Both the position numbers and the translations under genes were made by a program. Positions 11,208-20,807 of a stretch of DNA of 64,000 bases are shown one piece after another. Source of the DNA: Nitrospirota bacterium (GTDB lineage Bacteria > Nitrospirota > UBA9217). A model generated the notes under the pieces. The model saw only the letters and a program-made list of their open reading frames with translations, made no database searches and had not been told where the DNA came from. The stretch's first letter is position 1; each line of letters starts with the position of its first letter. The DNA lies in NCBI GenBank assembly GCA_963737155.1, contig CAVTRN010000002.1, positions 1,856,001 through 1,920,000 of the forward strand, written 5' to 3'.

Positions 11208-12089
11208 GTGATTCGCAGCATGACGGGTTATGGACGGAAGGAAGTGGGCGATTCGGAATATCGCCTTGTTGTAGAGGTACGCTCACTGAACAACCGGTAT
11301 CTTGACATCCAGCTTAAGTCACCACGTTCGTTTGCCACATTGGAGACCCGCATCCGGAAGTACGTACAAGACCGGTTCGCCCGGGGAAGGTTTGATATTT
11401 TTATTTCGCGGTGTGGTGATCAGGAGAAGCCGTCCAGGCTTGTTGTAAATGAAGCGCTTGCAGGACAATATATTACAGTTCTCAGGGACCTTAAAACACG
11501 TTACGGACTCGCAGGAGACGTGGATCTTTCGCTGGTGGCTGGGTTCCCGGACATCGTCACAATGAACGAGTCACAGGAAGATATGGAGACTGTATGGCAG
11601 ACCCTGTCTGCCGGGCTTAAGGAGGCTCTCGACGAAGTGGGGAGCATGCGGTCTGAAGAGGGCACTGCTCTGGTACGGGACGTGGCGGCAAGACTTGCAT
11701 CAATCGAAGGATTGATTGTAAGAATTAAAGCCAAAGCTCCGGCCACCGTTGATCTCGCCCGCAAAAGAATGACGGACACGTTGAGCAGGCTTCTGACTGA
11801 ACAAACCGATCCCGTAAGGGTCGCCCAGGAAATAGCGATTCTGGCAGAGCGTACGGACATAACCGAGGAACTGACACGGCTCGGCAGTCACCTGAGCCAA
11901 TTCCGGTCCATGCTGGCCGATTCACCGCCTGAGGGTGTTGGCAGAAAGCTTGACTTCCTCATCCAGGAAATAGGGAGGGAAGCGAATACGATCGCATCAA
12001 AAGCCATGGATGCAGAAATTTCCCTGGATATTGTGCACACCAAGGCCGAACTCGAAAAAATCCGGGAACAGATCCAGAATATCGAGTAA
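11208..12089 (+). CDS. yicC: YicC/YloC family endoribonuclease
   Basis: IRSMTGYG start; GRKLDFLIQEIGREANTIASK; EKIREQIQNIE end. Confidence 0.95.
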   Translation: MIRSMTGYGRKEVGDSEYRLVVEVRSLNNRYLDIQLKSPRSFATLETRIRKYVQDRFARGRFDIFISRCGDQEKPSRLVVNEALAGQYITVLRDLKTRYGLAGDVDLSLVAGFPDIVTMNESQEDMETVWQTLSAGLKEALDEVGSMRSEEGTALVRDVAARLASIEGLIVRIKAKAPATVDLARKRMTDTLSRLLTEQTDPVRVAQEIAILAERTDITEELTRLGSHLSQFRSMLADSPPEGVGRKLDFLIQEIGREANTIASKAMDAEISLDIVHTKAELEKIREQIQNIE

Positions 12090-12092
12090 ACC

Positions 12093-12344
12093 ATGCTGAA
12101 TAACCTCGTCAACATTGGATACGGAAATATGGTAATGGCGTCAAAAGTCGTGGCTGTACTCTCCCCCGATTCGGCGCCCATGCGCCGCCTCAAGGATGGG
12201 GCAAAAGAGCAAAAAATGCTGATCGATGCCACACAGGGGCGGAAGACACGCGCCATCATTATCACCGACAGCGACCATGTTATTCTTTCCGCAGTCCAGG
12301 TGGAAACGTTGATGCAGCGATTCACAGAGCGAGGTGCTGAGTGA
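12093..12344 (+). CDS. remA: DUF370 / RemA family protein
   Basis: [32 protein letters not shown]; conserved yicC-remA-gmk order. Confidence 0.9.
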   Translation: MLNNLVNIGYGNMVMASKVVAVLSPDSAPMRRLKDGAKEQKMLIDATQGRKTRAIIITDSDHVILSAVQVETLMQRFTERGAE

Positions 12345-12948
12345 AGAAGAAACAGGGGCTGCTGTTCGTGGTATCAGCGCCGTCAGGCGCTGGTAAAACC
12401 AGCCTGTGCAGGGCGATGACCGACTCGCTGGAGAATCTTACGCATTCGATTTCTTATGCCACACGCAAGCCCAGGCCCGGTGAGATCGACGGCAGGGATT
12501 ACTATTTCGTCAGTCCGGAGCGGTTCCAGGAAATGATCGATGCCGGAGATTTTGCCGAATGGGCGGAGGTGCATTCAAATCTCTATGGAACATCGCGGCG
12601 GGTGCTGGACGATGTGATCCTTAAAGGTGTCGATGTGATTCTCGATATTGACACACAGGGCGCCAAGCAGATCAAGTTGAAATACGACGCTGCGGTGTTT
12701 ATCTTCATCATGCCACCATCGCTCGAGATCCTGAGGAGCGGCTTCGAAACCGCAAGTCCGACCACGAAGAGGAAATAAAAAAGCGGATGCGCAGGGCGCG
12801 GCAAGAAATCAAGGATTTCAACATGTATGACTATCTCATCGTCAACCGTGATTTCGATCGGGCACTTGCCGAAATCAGATCGATCGTCACCGCAGAACGA
12901 TGCAAAACAAGGTTGGCAGATACTGCTTGGATCGAAGGCTTACTCTAA
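12341..12948 (+). CDS. gmk: Guanylate kinase, with an apparent 1-nt frameshift near 12733
   Basis: [11 protein letters not shown]-loop; after IMPPSLEIL the Gmk C-terminus [10 protein letters not shown]...YDYLIVN...AERCK continues in the -1 frame to TAA 12946-12948. Confidence 0.9.
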
Positions 12949-12981
12949 TAACTTAATGAAATAGGGCACAGGAGGGATACA

Positions 12982-13431
12982 ATGTTAAAACCAGCTCAAG
13001 ATCTAATTTCACTACCCATTGAAATGAACGACAAGATTTCCGACACGAAGTTCCGGCTAGTGCACATCGCTTCTCAACGGGTGCGGCAGCTATCAGCGGG
13101 CGCAGCGCCAGTTGTGAGGTCGCAGTCAATAAAAGACTCCACGGTCGCGCTCGAAGAGGCGGTCGCGGAGAGCTTCAAAATTCTCATCGGCGAAGATGCG
13201 AAAAGAGCCAAAGAGGAATTTCGTAAACAGGAGGAGCGAGCGAAGCTCGAGGAGCAGCTGTCTGCAAAGGAAGAGGAGATTCGCAAGGAGCTTAGCGCCT
13301 ATCTGTCCGACTCAGGGGCGGAAGAGCCCGCCGAGGAATCGGTCAGTGAAGTAACGGCCGAAGAAGAAGATGATGGAGAAACCGATGCAGAAGAAGCTGA
13401 GCCGGAAAATAACGAAGCGACCGAGGAATAA
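12982..13431 (+). CDS. rpoZ: RNA polymerase omega subunit with an acidic C-terminal extension
   Basis: KFRLVHIASQRVRQL...STVALEE omega core; lies between gmk and coaBC. Confidence 0.85.
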   Translation: MLKPAQDLISLPIEMNDKISDTKFRLVHIASQRVRQLSAGAAPVVRSQSIKDSTVALEEAVAESFKILIGEDAKRAKEEFRKQEERAKLEEQLSAKEEEIRKELSAYLSDSGAEEPAEESVSEVTAEEEDDGETDAEEAEPENNEATEE

Positions 13432-13451
13432 ACATCACGGAGCGGCATGAC

Positions 13452-14651
13452 GTGTTGGCAGGCAAGCGCATACTACTAGGAGTGAGCGGCAGTATCGCCG
13501 CATATAAGACCGTTGATCTGCTGCGCAGACTCAGGGAACAGGGCGCGGAGGTCAGAGTGTCGATGACAAAACATGCGGCTCATTTTGTTTCCCGCCTGAC
13601 CTTAGAAACATTGAGCGGCTTACCGGTGTTGATCGATGATTTTACCGGCGGAGAACAGGCTACAATTGGGCATATCGAGATCACCGACGGTCTCGACGTG
13701 GCGCTTATTGCTCCTGCCACGGCAAATATCATAGGCAAGATTGCTTCCGGCATTGCCGATGATGCGCTGACATCGGCGCTTGCTGCGCTGGCCTGCCCCC
13801 TGGTAATCGCTCCTGCCATGAATGATCGGATGTACCACAACCCGATCGTGCAAAGAAACATCATGACCCTCAAGGAAATTGGGGTACGGTTCATAGAACC
13901 TGAAACAGGCAACCTTGCCTGTGGGACGACCGGCCAGGGAAGGCTGGCCGAAACAGAACGCGTTATCGAAGAACTCTCTTCCCTGTTCCTGCCGCAGGAT
14001 CTGGCAGGACGGACCGTTCTGGTGACTGCCGGTCCGACGCGCGAAGCCATCGATACTGTCCGGTTTATCAGCAATCCCTCGACGGGGAAAATGGGTTATG
14101 CCGTCGCCGTTGCCGCGAAAGAGCGGGGGGCTGATGTCATTCTTGTATCGGGGCCGAGCCAGATCGATCCGCCCGTTGGTATGAAATTCATTCCTGTCAT
14201 AACCACCGAAGAAATGCATGATGTTGTCCTGAATCAGTTCCCGCAATGCGACATTGTCATCATGGCAGCTGCTGTCTCAGATTTCAAACCTTCCCACGTA
14301 GCAAATCACAAAATCAAAAAAAACGAGGCGCCTGATCTCCTGAAACTCGAGCGGACTCCCGATATCTTGAAAGAGCTCGGCAATGCTGCAAGCAAGTGTG
14401 TCCTCGTCGGGTTTGCCGCAGAAACGGATGATCTTGATCGGAATGCCTTGCGGAAAATGAAGGAAAAAAATCTCGACATAGTAGTGGTGAACGACTTGCT
14501 GCGACGCGGCTCTGGATTTGCCGTAGATACCAATGCTGTAACGATCATCGACCGGACCGGGAAGAGACAGGAACTTCCGACCATGACGAAAGCCAAGGCT
14601 GCAAGAATTATCATTAACTCAGTCATAGAACTTATTAAAGAAAATAAATAA
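13452..14651 (+). CDS. coaBC: Phosphopantothenoylcysteine decarboxylase/ligase
   Basis: GSIAAYK, APATAN, PAMN, VTAGPTRE, SNPSTGKMG, VGFAAET. Confidence 0.97.
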   Translation: MLAGKRILLGVSGSIAAYKTVDLLRRLREQGAEVRVSMTKHAAHFVSRLTLETLSGLPVLIDDFTGGEQATIGHIEITDGLDVALIAPATANIIGKIASGIADDALTSALAALACPLVIAPAMNDRMYHNPIVQRNIMTLKEIGVRFIEPETGNLACGTTGQGRLAETERVIEELSSLFLPQDLAGRTVLVTAGPTREAIDTVRFISNPSTGKMGYAVAVAAKERGADVILVSGPSQIDPPVGMKFIPVITTEEMHDVVLNQFPQCDIVIMAAAVSDFKPSHVANHKIKKNEAPDLLKLERTPDILKELGNAASKCVLVGFAAETDDLDRNALRKMKEKNLDIVVVNDLLRRGSGFAVDTNAVTIIDRTGKRQELPTMTKAKAARIIINSVIELIKENK

Positions 14652-14701
14652 CCTCATCGTTCTGCCTGATTCTCCTTCGCCCCTCAATAAACCATTGTTT
14701 C

Positions 14702-14730
14702 TTGACAAAGCAATTCGGTCAACCTATAAT
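14702..14730 (+). promoter_or_regulatory. Consensus sigma70 promoter
   Basis: TTGACA-17 nt-TATAAT, so the next CDS should start at 14761 or 14770 rather than 14695. Confidence 0.7.
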
Positions 14731-14760
14731 ATTTACAAGGTTTTTACGACGAATACAGGT

Positions 14761-15222
14761 ATGTTTATCATGACAAATTTGGAACTTCTCCAGAAATCAA
14801 TGCTATTCAAGGGTAGCAACAGCAAGGAGCTGGAAATGGTCCTTGAATTGTTACAGGAGCGCAAAATCAATCCCAATGTGACAATTTTCACCGAAGATAT
14901 GCCCGCAGAGGCGCTCTATATCGTAAAAAGCGGGTCGGTGAGAATCTCGATGATGGCCCAGGAGGGAGAAGAAATAGGCCTCCTTCTTCTTGGACCGGGA
15001 GAATTTTTTGGCGAACTTGCGCTCGTCCAAGACGGGGTGCGACTGGTGAATGCGCGCGCGGATTCATCCGTTGAAATTCTGCTCATTACCAGGAAAGATT
15101 TTCAAATTCTTCTCGAATTGGCCCCCCATACCGCATCCCGCATTCTCATGGTTATCATGAAGCTGCTTGCCATGCGCGTCAAAGCTTACAGCAACCGGTT
15201 CAAGAACCTCCTCCTGCTATGA
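14761..15222 (+). CDS. Stand-alone cyclic nucleotide-binding domain protein
   Basis: LYIVKSGSVRIS...GPGEFFGELAL...R CAP-like fold; no HTH. Confidence 0.85.
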   Translation: MFIMTNLELLQKSMLFKGSNSKELEMVLELLQERKINPNVTIFTEDMPAEALYIVKSGSVRISMMAQEGEEIGLLLLGPGEFFGELALVQDGVRLVNARADSSVEILLITRKDFQILLELAPHTASRILMVIMKLLAMRVKAYSNRFKNLLLL

Positions 15223-16181
15223 TTCTTGCCGGAATCGATATTGGTACTAATTCACTCCGTCTTCTCATCACACAAATCGATCGCTACATTTTTCGCGAAA
15301 TATACTCAGATCGGAACACCACACGTCTGGGTCAGGGCCTCGATAGTACCGGAGCGCTCGACCGAGAAGCCGAGGACCGGTCCCTCCGTGCGCTCCTGAA
15401 TTTTGCAGAAAAGCTTCAACAGCACGACGTGCAGCATATAGCAGTCGTCGGTACAAGTGCTCTCCGGAATGCGTCAAACGCAAAGGATTTTATTCGGGAA
15501 GTAAAAAATATAACTGGGCTTGCTGTCAATGTCATCTCTGGCGAAGAAGAAGCGCGGCTCACCTTGATTGGAGTTTCCCGGTCGATTGAGAGGAATTATA
15601 AAAAAACCGATAGGAATAAACTTGAGAAAGCTCTCATCATTGATATCGGAGGAGGCAGCACCGAGATTATTATCACCTATCACGATCAGGATACTATAGT
15701 CGCCAGCCTGCCCCTTGGAGCAGTTTATCTGAATGAGCGGTTTATACAGCATGATCCGCCGGACAGACGCGAACTTGAATTAATGAGATCCGCGATCAGG
15801 AGTGAAATTGAGACAGCGATTGGTATAATTCGGCCGGCACCAGGGAGCATATTTGCAGGCACAGCCGGTACAATTACCACCCTTGCGTCCATGGTTCTGA
15901 GACTCGAAACATATGATTCTAACAGGATCAATGGTACTGTTCTGGATCGAGAATCAATTGATAATATTGTTGATACGCTTGGCCACATGACGATGAAAGA
16001 ACGCAGTTCGATCCGAGGACTGGAGCCGGCACGGAAAGATATAATTCTTGCAGGTGCTGTTGTGACGCAGGAAATTATGAAATATTTTGGGTATTCTTCC
16101 CTGATCGTCAGCAATTGGGGACTGCGGGAGGGCATTGTTCTGGACCTCTACGGAAAATTAATAAACAAACAACATCGTTAA
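15219..16181 (+). CDS. ppx: Ppx/GppA family phosphatase
   Basis: IDIGTNS, TSALRNA, GEEEA, DIGGGSTE, GLREG; ATGA overlap with the upstream gene. Confidence 0.92.
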   Translation: MILAGIDIGTNSLRLLITQIDRYIFREIYSDRNTTRLGQGLDSTGALDREAEDRSLRALLNFAEKLQQHDVQHIAVVGTSALRNASNAKDFIREVKNITGLAVNVISGEEEARLTLIGVSRSIERNYKKTDRNKLEKALIIDIGGGSTEIIITYHDQDTIVASLPLGAVYLNERFIQHDPPDRRELELMRSAIRSEIETAIGIIRPAPGSIFAGTAGTITTLASMVLRLETYDSNRINGTVLDRESIDNIVDTLGHMTMKERSSIRGLEPARKDIILAGAVVTQEIMKYFGYSSLIVSNWGLREGIVLDLYGKLINKQHR

Positions 16182-16356
16182 AATGATGTCGCCCGATGCC
16201 GGAAATCCCGGTTCTGATTAAGTCAGGCTTGTGCTCCACCAGTTAAAATGCCTTTCCGATTCTTCAATTGTTTAATTCTTTTTTGCATTCATTTTCCCGA
16301 CTTATGCGATAATTTTGATATACTTAAAACACAATAAATGAAGGAAGGGAGATACT

Positions 16357-17121
16357 ATGCTTTCCGATAAAGTTCTTCTCGCCATTCAAAACAAATCGCA
16401 GACAATGAGTAAGCCCGTCAAGCTGGTACTATTTACATCCGATACTGGGTGCGTAGCCTGTTCGGACATGTTGGAACTTGTTCGGGCCATAAAAAACAAA
16501 TTCAACAAGATCGCCTTGGAAACCTATGATGTAGTCATGGATAGGGACAAATCTGAGCATTACGGTGTTACACTTGCTCCTGCATTGGTTGTGCAGGGAG
16601 GTGATACTAGTGTGGTCAAGTTCTATGGAATGATGGAGGATGTCTTTCTCGACATCCTGCTGTCGACGATCAGTGCGGTATCTAACGGAAAGTTATGGTT
16701 TCCCCGTGATGTCGAGCGCGCTCTTACCCACCTTACCAATGACGTTTCTGTCCGTGTTTTTGTGGAAAGCGACTGCGCTCAGTGCAGGCCAGTTGCCGAA
16801 ACTGCAATAGGCTTGGGGATCGAAAGCAAATTGGTAACTACCAGCATATTCGTGGCAAGTGATTTCCCCGAGCTGATTAAACGGTATCAAATCACCAAGC
16901 TTCCTAAAACCATATTCGGAGAAAACCTGCATCTCGATGGGCATGTAACAGAGAGTACATTTCTTGAGATGATTTTCCAGGCGGAGGGCTTGAAAACTGG
17001 ACCTGACAAAAAATGTCTCGTGTGCGGTGTTTCATCGCCTGATACTATTTGCGAAAATTGTAAAGCTAAAATTCAAGCGGAGGCTGTGAATCACAAGCTT
17101 AAGGGGGAAAAGCTTAAATAG
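16357..17121 (+). CDS. Two-thioredoxin-fold protein disulfide oxidoreductase (PDO/AhpF-NTD-like) with a C-terminal Cys4 finger
   Basis: CVAC and CAQC motifs in tandem Trx folds; terminal CLVC-x8-CENC. Confidence 0.7.
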   Translation: MLSDKVLLAIQNKSQTMSKPVKLVLFTSDTGCVACSDMLELVRAIKNKFNKIALETYDVVMDRDKSEHYGVTLAPALVVQGGDTSVVKFYGMMEDVFLDILLSTISAVSNGKLWFPRDVERALTHLTNDVSVRVFVESDCAQCRPVAETAIGLGIESKLVTTSIFVASDFPELIKRYQITKLPKTIFGENLHLDGHVTESTFLEMIFQAEGLKTGPDKKCLVCGVSSPDTICENCKAKIQAEAVNHKLKGEKLK

Positions 17122-17202
17122 TAATCATGACAGTAGCACGGTTCTCATAAGCAGGATTGTCCGCAACACGCGCAGCGGGCTCACCAATGGGGGAGGCAAT
17201 CC

Positions 17203-18213
17203 TTGAAAACAGCAATGTTCCAGGAGCCAAAAGAAGGGAAGACGGTTCAGTGCAGCTTGTGTAGTCACCGCTGTCTTATATCGCCGGGCAAGCGCGGAAT
17301 CTGCGGTGTGCGCGAAAACAAGGAGGGAATCCTCTACAGCCTTGTCTATGACAAGGTAATCGCCCACAACATCGATCCCATAGAAAAAAAACCGCTCTTT
17401 CACTTTCTGCCCGGCAGCTCATCTTATTCCATCGCTACTCCCGGATGCAACTTCCGCTGTAAACACTGCCAGAATGCCGATATATCCCAGCTTCCTCATG
17501 ACCGGGGAGGCATGATCCTGGGAGAAGATGCCACGCCTGCTTCTATCGTCGACAGGGCCCTTCATTATCACTGTGCCAGCATTTCCTATACCTATACAGA
17601 ACCGACCATCTACTTCGAACTCGCCTACGATACTGCCCGCCTTGCAGTTGAGGCCGGGCTCAAGAATGTTTTCGTGACGAACGGCTACATCACGTCTGAA
17701 GCGCTTCAGGTAATCAGACCCTATCTTCATGCGGCAAATATAGACTTAAAGGGGTTTCGAGATGACTTCTATCGGCAGGTCTGCGGCGCGAAGCTTGAGC
17801 CAGTACTCAATGCGATCAGGCACTATAAAGAAGCCGGCATATGGATCGAGATAACCACTCTTGTAATCCCTGGCCACAATGATTCCAGCGAGGATCTGAG
17901 CGGCATTGCGCGATTTATAAAATCAGTGGGTGAAAACATTCCCTGGCATGTATCTCGTTTTCATCCCACGTATAAACTTACAGACCAGCCAGTGACGCCA
18001 CAAGCAACGCTAGAACGGGCGCGACAATTTGGTCTCAACGCCGGTCTCAGGTATGTATACGAGGGGAATATCCTGGGAGAAGGGGAAGATACGATTTGTT
18101 GGAGCTGCAAACATATTCTCATAGAACGAATCGGATTTACCGTGAAGACAAATAACATAAAATCGGGAAAATGTAATTTTTGCGGAGCGGCGGTCGACGG
18201 GGTATGGAAGTGA
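17203..18213 (+). CDS. amrS: AmmeMemoRadiSam system radical SAM enzyme
   Basis: CSLCSHRC...GICGVR N-terminus, DPIEKKPLFHFLPG, CNFRCKHCQN, YTYTEP, PWHVSRFHP. Confidence 0.9.
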   Translation: MKTAMFQEPKEGKTVQCSLCSHRCLISPGKRGICGVRENKEGILYSLVYDKVIAHNIDPIEKKPLFHFLPGSSSYSIATPGCNFRCKHCQNADISQLPHDRGGMILGEDATPASIVDRALHYHCASISYTYTEPTIYFELAYDTARLAVEAGLKNVFVTNGYITSEALQVIRPYLHAANIDLKGFRDDFYRQVCGAKLEPVLNAIRHYKEAGIWIEITTLVIPGHNDSSEDLSGIARFIKSVGENIPWHVSRFHPTYKLTDQPVTPQATLERARQFGLNAGLRYVYEGNILGEGEDTICWSCKHILIERIGFTVKTNNIKSGKCNFCGAAVDGVWK

Positions 18214-18656
18214 TTGAGTCCGGAGCTATGGGTTCAGAGTCCAACAATCAATTCGAAACCTTCGAGCATGAGTCTGATATAGGCATACGGGGCTTCGGCT
18301 ATACAATGGAGGAAGCCTTTGGTAATGCGGCATTGGCCCTGTATTCCGTCATGGTGAACGTAAACGCAGTTAGACAGTCGGAAAAGAAATTCCTCACCGC
18401 CTCGGCGCCTGACGTCGAACTTCTGCTTGTGGAATGGTTGAACTCACTACTCTCCTTGTCGGATATTGAGCGAATGGTTTTTTCAAAATTTGAAGTCACA
18501 ATAGAAGGTTTGTCTCTGAGAGGGACGGTATGGGGCGAACCTTTAAACCGTGTCCGACATGAGACGAAAGTGGAGGTTAAGGGTGCAACATACCACATGC
18601 TAAGTGTGAAAAACGAAATGGGAAGGTATGTTGCCCAGTGCGTTGTGGACGTGTGA
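18210..18656 (+). CDS. Archease
   Basis: FEHESDIGI, LLVEWLN, VKGATYH, terminal VVDV; GTG 18210 overlaps the amrS stop (ATG 18204 or 18228 are alternatives). Confidence 0.9.
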   Translation: MIESGAMGSESNNQFETFEHESDIGIRGFGYTMEEAFGNAALALYSVMVNVNAVRQSEKKFLTASAPDVELLLVEWLNSLLSLSDIERMVFSKFEVTIEGLSLRGTVWGEPLNRVRHETKVEVKGATYHMLSVKNEMGRYVAQCVVDV

Positions 18657-18792
18657 GGAAGACGGGAGGCCGTAGATTCCGAGCAGGAGACGAGTAAGAA
18701 GTATGAATCAGCAGGATGAATAAGACTGATTGCGTTCAGTGCTTTCTCCGCCTCGTCGCCTGTCTACTACCTGATCTCTACCGCCAATAAAC

Positions 18793-20223
18793 ATGGATTC
18801 CAAATCATTCCATAAAATCAATGATTATCTCTGGGAAATTCCGCGCAAGGGAGTGATGCGCGTACCCGGGAGGATTTTTGCGAGCGAAAAGCTCATACAG
18901 GAAATGGACGAAAAAGTTCGCGAGCAAGTGACGAACGTGTCCTTGCTCCCCGGTATTCAGATCGCTTCGATTGCCATGCCCGACGCGCATTGGGGTTATG
19001 GATTCCCGATCGGCGGAGTTGCTGCGTTCGATCCAGATGAGGGCGGCGTCATTTCCATGGGAGGTGTTGGCTTCGATATATCATGCGGGGTGAGAACCAT
19101 AAAAACTGGGATGACGCATGAAGAAATTAAGCCGGGGCTCAAAACTTTCGTAGATCGGTTATTTCACCGCATACCCGCCGGTGTCGGGTCGGAGGGCCTT
19201 ATAAAACTATCAGGCAGCCAGATCGATGATATGCTTCTAGGCGGCGCTGCCTGGGCCATCAAACAGGGTTACGGCGAAAAACGTGATCTTGAATATATCG
19301 AAGAGCACGGTAAAGTGGAAGGGGCCGAACCTGAGTATGTTTCCGAAACAGCAAAAAAACGCCAGTATCGGGAGATGGGAACACTTGGTTCCGGAAACCA
19401 TTATCTTGAACTGCAGGTAGTATCTGATATTTACGATGAGCAGGCCGCTTTGGCAATGGGGCTCAGAAGGAATGACGTCGTTATCACGATCCACTGCGGC
19501 TCCCGGGGATTGGGACACCAGGTCGGAACCGATTACCTCAAAAGCCTCGCCAATGCGGCAGCGCGATTCAAGCTTCCAATCAGAGACCGGGAGCTAGCCT
19601 CGGCGCCGGTCAATTCGCCAGAGGGGGAAAAATATTTTGGGGCGATGAGCGCGGGCATCAACTGCGCCCTTGCGAACCGGCAGATCATCACCCATCTTGT
19701 GCGCGAGGTATTCACCGAGGTATTTCCCGAAGGCCACATAAGCATGCTCTATGATATTAGCCACAATACCTGTAAAGTGGAAACGCATGACATAGACGGT
19801 AAAAAGAAAAGGCTCTATATTCATCGCAAAGGCGCGACCCGCGCATTCGGTCCGGGTCATATCGACCTACCCCAGGAATACCGACATATCGGACAGCCAG
19901 TTTTAATTGGTGGAACCATGGGCACTTCCTCCTATATTCTGGCAGGAACAGAAGAGGGTATGAAGCAAGCTTTCGGTTCAGCCTGCCACGGCGCTGGCAG
20001 GGCAATGTCGCGTACGCAGGCCAAGCACAAATGGCAGGGCAGGGATGTGATCAGCATGCTTGAAGCGCAGGGTGTGATGGTGCGCGGTCATTCCTACCAA
20101 GGAATTGCTGAAGAAGCGCCGGGATCCTATAAGGACGTGAATGAAGTGGTCGAAGCAGCGCATCAGTCGGGGCTTGCGCGCAAAGTCGTGCGGGTCAAAC
20201 CGATTGCATGCGTGAAAGGATGA
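18793..20223 (+). CDS. rtcB: RNA ligase RtcB
   Basis: MPDAHWGYGFPIG, GFDISCGVR, GSGNHYLE, HCGSRG, HRKGAT, SACHGAGR, EEAPGSYK. Confidence 0.96.
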   Translation: MDSKSFHKINDYLWEIPRKGVMRVPGRIFASEKLIQEMDEKVREQVTNVSLLPGIQIASIAMPDAHWGYGFPIGGVAAFDPDEGGVISMGGVGFDISCGVRTIKTGMTHEEIKPGLKTFVDRLFHRIPAGVGSEGLIKLSGSQIDDMLLGGAAWAIKQGYGEKRDLEYIEEHGKVEGAEPEYVSETAKKRQYREMGTLGSGNHYLELQVVSDIYDEQAALAMGLRRNDVVITIHCGSRGLGHQVGTDYLKSLANAAARFKLPIRDRELASAPVNSPEGEKYFGAMSAGINCALANRQIITHLVREVFTEVFPEGHISMLYDISHNTCKVETHDIDGKKKRLYIHRKGATRAFGPGHIDLPQEYRHIGQPVLIGGTMGTSSYILAGTEEGMKQAFGSACHGAGRAMSRTQAKHKWQGRDVISMLEAQGVMVRGHSYQGIAEEAPGSYKDVNEVVEAAHQSGLARKVVRVKPIACVKG

Positions 20224-20542
20224 ATCTGGCCCCTCTTTGTTAGGCATCTTTTTATTGACGCAATGGGATTGAGGAGAATGCCCATACTGAGGGAAATATC
20301 CTGTTTTAGGATAACCTTTGTGAAATTTCCACCTAACAGAGAGCAGCTTCCGAACTATGAACGCCCGTTCGCATTCAGCAATCTGGCAACCCCGCCGGAA
20401 CTAACCCGGCATTGTCTGTGCTCTCATCCACACTCTGATTTATGCTATAGTTTTGACAGTATTTTTGAGTCCGGTTAAGAATATTAATTTTATATTATGC
20501 GATACTATACAAATAATATAATAATACTAAAGGAGAATATAA

Positions 20543-20701
20543 ATGGGAAAATGGCAATGCATGATCTGCAACTGGATTTATGATCCGGCTCTAGGGGATC
20601 CTGATGGAGGAGTAGCACCTGGAACCCCTTTTGAACAAATTCCCGATACGTGGGTCTGTCCGGTATGCGGTGCAACCAAGGATTCCTTCGCAAAAGCATG
20701 A
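20543..20701 (+). CDS. Rubredoxin (52 aa; below the ORF-track cutoff)
   Basis: AAGGAG RBS; [52 protein letters not shown]. Confidence 0.97.
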   Translation: MGKWQCMICNWIYDPALGDPDGGVAPGTPFEQIPDTWVCPVCGATKDSFAKA

Positions 20702-20807
20702 TTCGTTTGGATTAATCTGCCCATCTCAGGCAATCAGGCAAATAAATGATACTTAGTTAATTCAATCTTCTTCACAGGGAGTGCAAGAAGCAAGGAGTTC
20801 TATCCAC

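Noticed and set aside
12720-12745. Programmed frameshift in gmk
   Set aside because: No slippery sequence or stimulatory structure; a single-base assembly error is simpler
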